Assembly: GCA_012295275.1 (NCBI GenBank)
Contig: CM022679.1
Span: 9,300,001 to 9,364,000 of the forward strand
From: Chrysomallon squamiferum
Lineage: Eukaryota > Animalia > Mollusca
Direction of reading: 5' to 3'
Length of the DNA: 64,000 nucleotides
The position numbers and the translations under genes are program-made. This document shows, piece by piece, positions 63,011 through 64,000 of this stretch (its first letter is position 1; each line of letters opens with the position of its first letter). The notes beneath the pieces were generated by a model. The model was not told where the DNA came from and did not search any database. It worked only from the letters and a program-made list of their open reading frames with translations.

Positions 63011-64000
63011 GCATGTTCTTAAAATAACATTTAATGTTGAATGCTCATCATCTTCACTATCTAAGAAATATATAAACTTATTTTAAAGCAGCAAATAACT
63101 TTATAATATAATTTATTTTAAGAGAAGGAATAAACAATATTATTCTTAACTGATAAATATTGTTAAAACTTTAAATTATAACAGTGCCAGATTTGGGCTA
63201 CAGACATCTCTAGAGATTAAAGTGAAACGTTACTGCATTTTCTTTAACATTTTTTTTTTTTTTTTTTTTTTTCACCTTTTGAATATATTACTTAGAGTAT
63301 CCATATCTGACAGACCTACACAACCTTAATGCACTTAAAGATTATAATGATACATACTTGACTGCTAATCTTGACAAGGCGAATTCTTGTATATTTTTTA
63401 TTATTGATACAGTACACTTTTAATCTGGGCTGGCTGTTATTCGCTGAAGTAGATTAGAAATATTATCAAGACAGGCACTTGTTTTGTGGTCATATCTAGG
63501 GTAAGGGCAAGTAAGAAAAAAAAAAAAAATGCAGCCCACTGTTTGTTTGTGTAACAAGCTGTTGACATAGGTTGTTACAGGAAAGCTAGCTTGTTCCCTG
63601 TTTGTTGATAAGAGCTTGTAAAGCAGACTCGGATGGCAAATCTTTCTGTTGGCTTTTTTTGTTTGACTGGCTTTTCACACTCTGTCAGAAACTGTTGTAG
63701 CAAATTTGCTGTGGTTGACTGGATTCGTGTGAATTTGCTGTGGCTGAACTGAGATTTTTGCTTGTGTGAGAAAGGGAGAGTTAAGAGTGAGAGAATGTAT
63801 TGCCACACACGCAGATACATACACACACATATATTATCTGTTGTGTACATATACAAACACATATACAGATACACGTGTGTGTGTGTGTGTGTGTGTGTGT
63901 GCTTATGTATATGTATGTCTAATGCAGCATTTTTGCATTGTAATAAAGAAACAGGTGACAGAAATATTTCAAGAACTGATAAATGTCTACAACCTTGTGA

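Noticed and set aside
63575-63874. 99-aa minus-strand ORF / possible nested exon after a pyrimidine tract
   Set aside because: It begins in dinucleotide repeat, has no recognisable domain and no partner exons in the window.

Overview
Very AT-rich metazoan genomic DNA with GT-AG spliceosomal introns; probably a mollusc, though that is an inference from gene and repeat style. There are no prokaryotic features, rRNA, tRNA or CRISPR. I could assemble eight protein genes by hand: LUC7L3 (-), GSPT1/eRF3 (+), CANT1 apyrase (-), RSL1D1 (+), ANKRD40 (-), an unnamed secreted acidic precursor (-), coilin (+) and the first two exons of RAB11FIP3/4 (+). The standout is LUC7L3. The exon encoding zinc finger 2, the module that reads the 5' splice site/U1 duplex, is present as two intact, ~56%-identical tandem copies separated by only 49 nt, which is the architecture of mutually exclusive exons. 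A ~29-nt long-range inverted repeat could mask the branch point and polypyrimidine tract of the first copy, suggesting an RNA-structure-controlled switch of a core splice-site-reading domain. Other highlights are five box C/D snoRNAs from two families packed into the last GSPT1 intron, a CRE-preceded signal-peptide/dibasic-site/8-aa-repeat secreted protein, a hAT element nested in a pogo-like element with intact target-site duplications, and ancient microsynteny. Three single-base homopolymer frameshifts (CANT1, ANKRD40, coilin) are most likely assembly errors.
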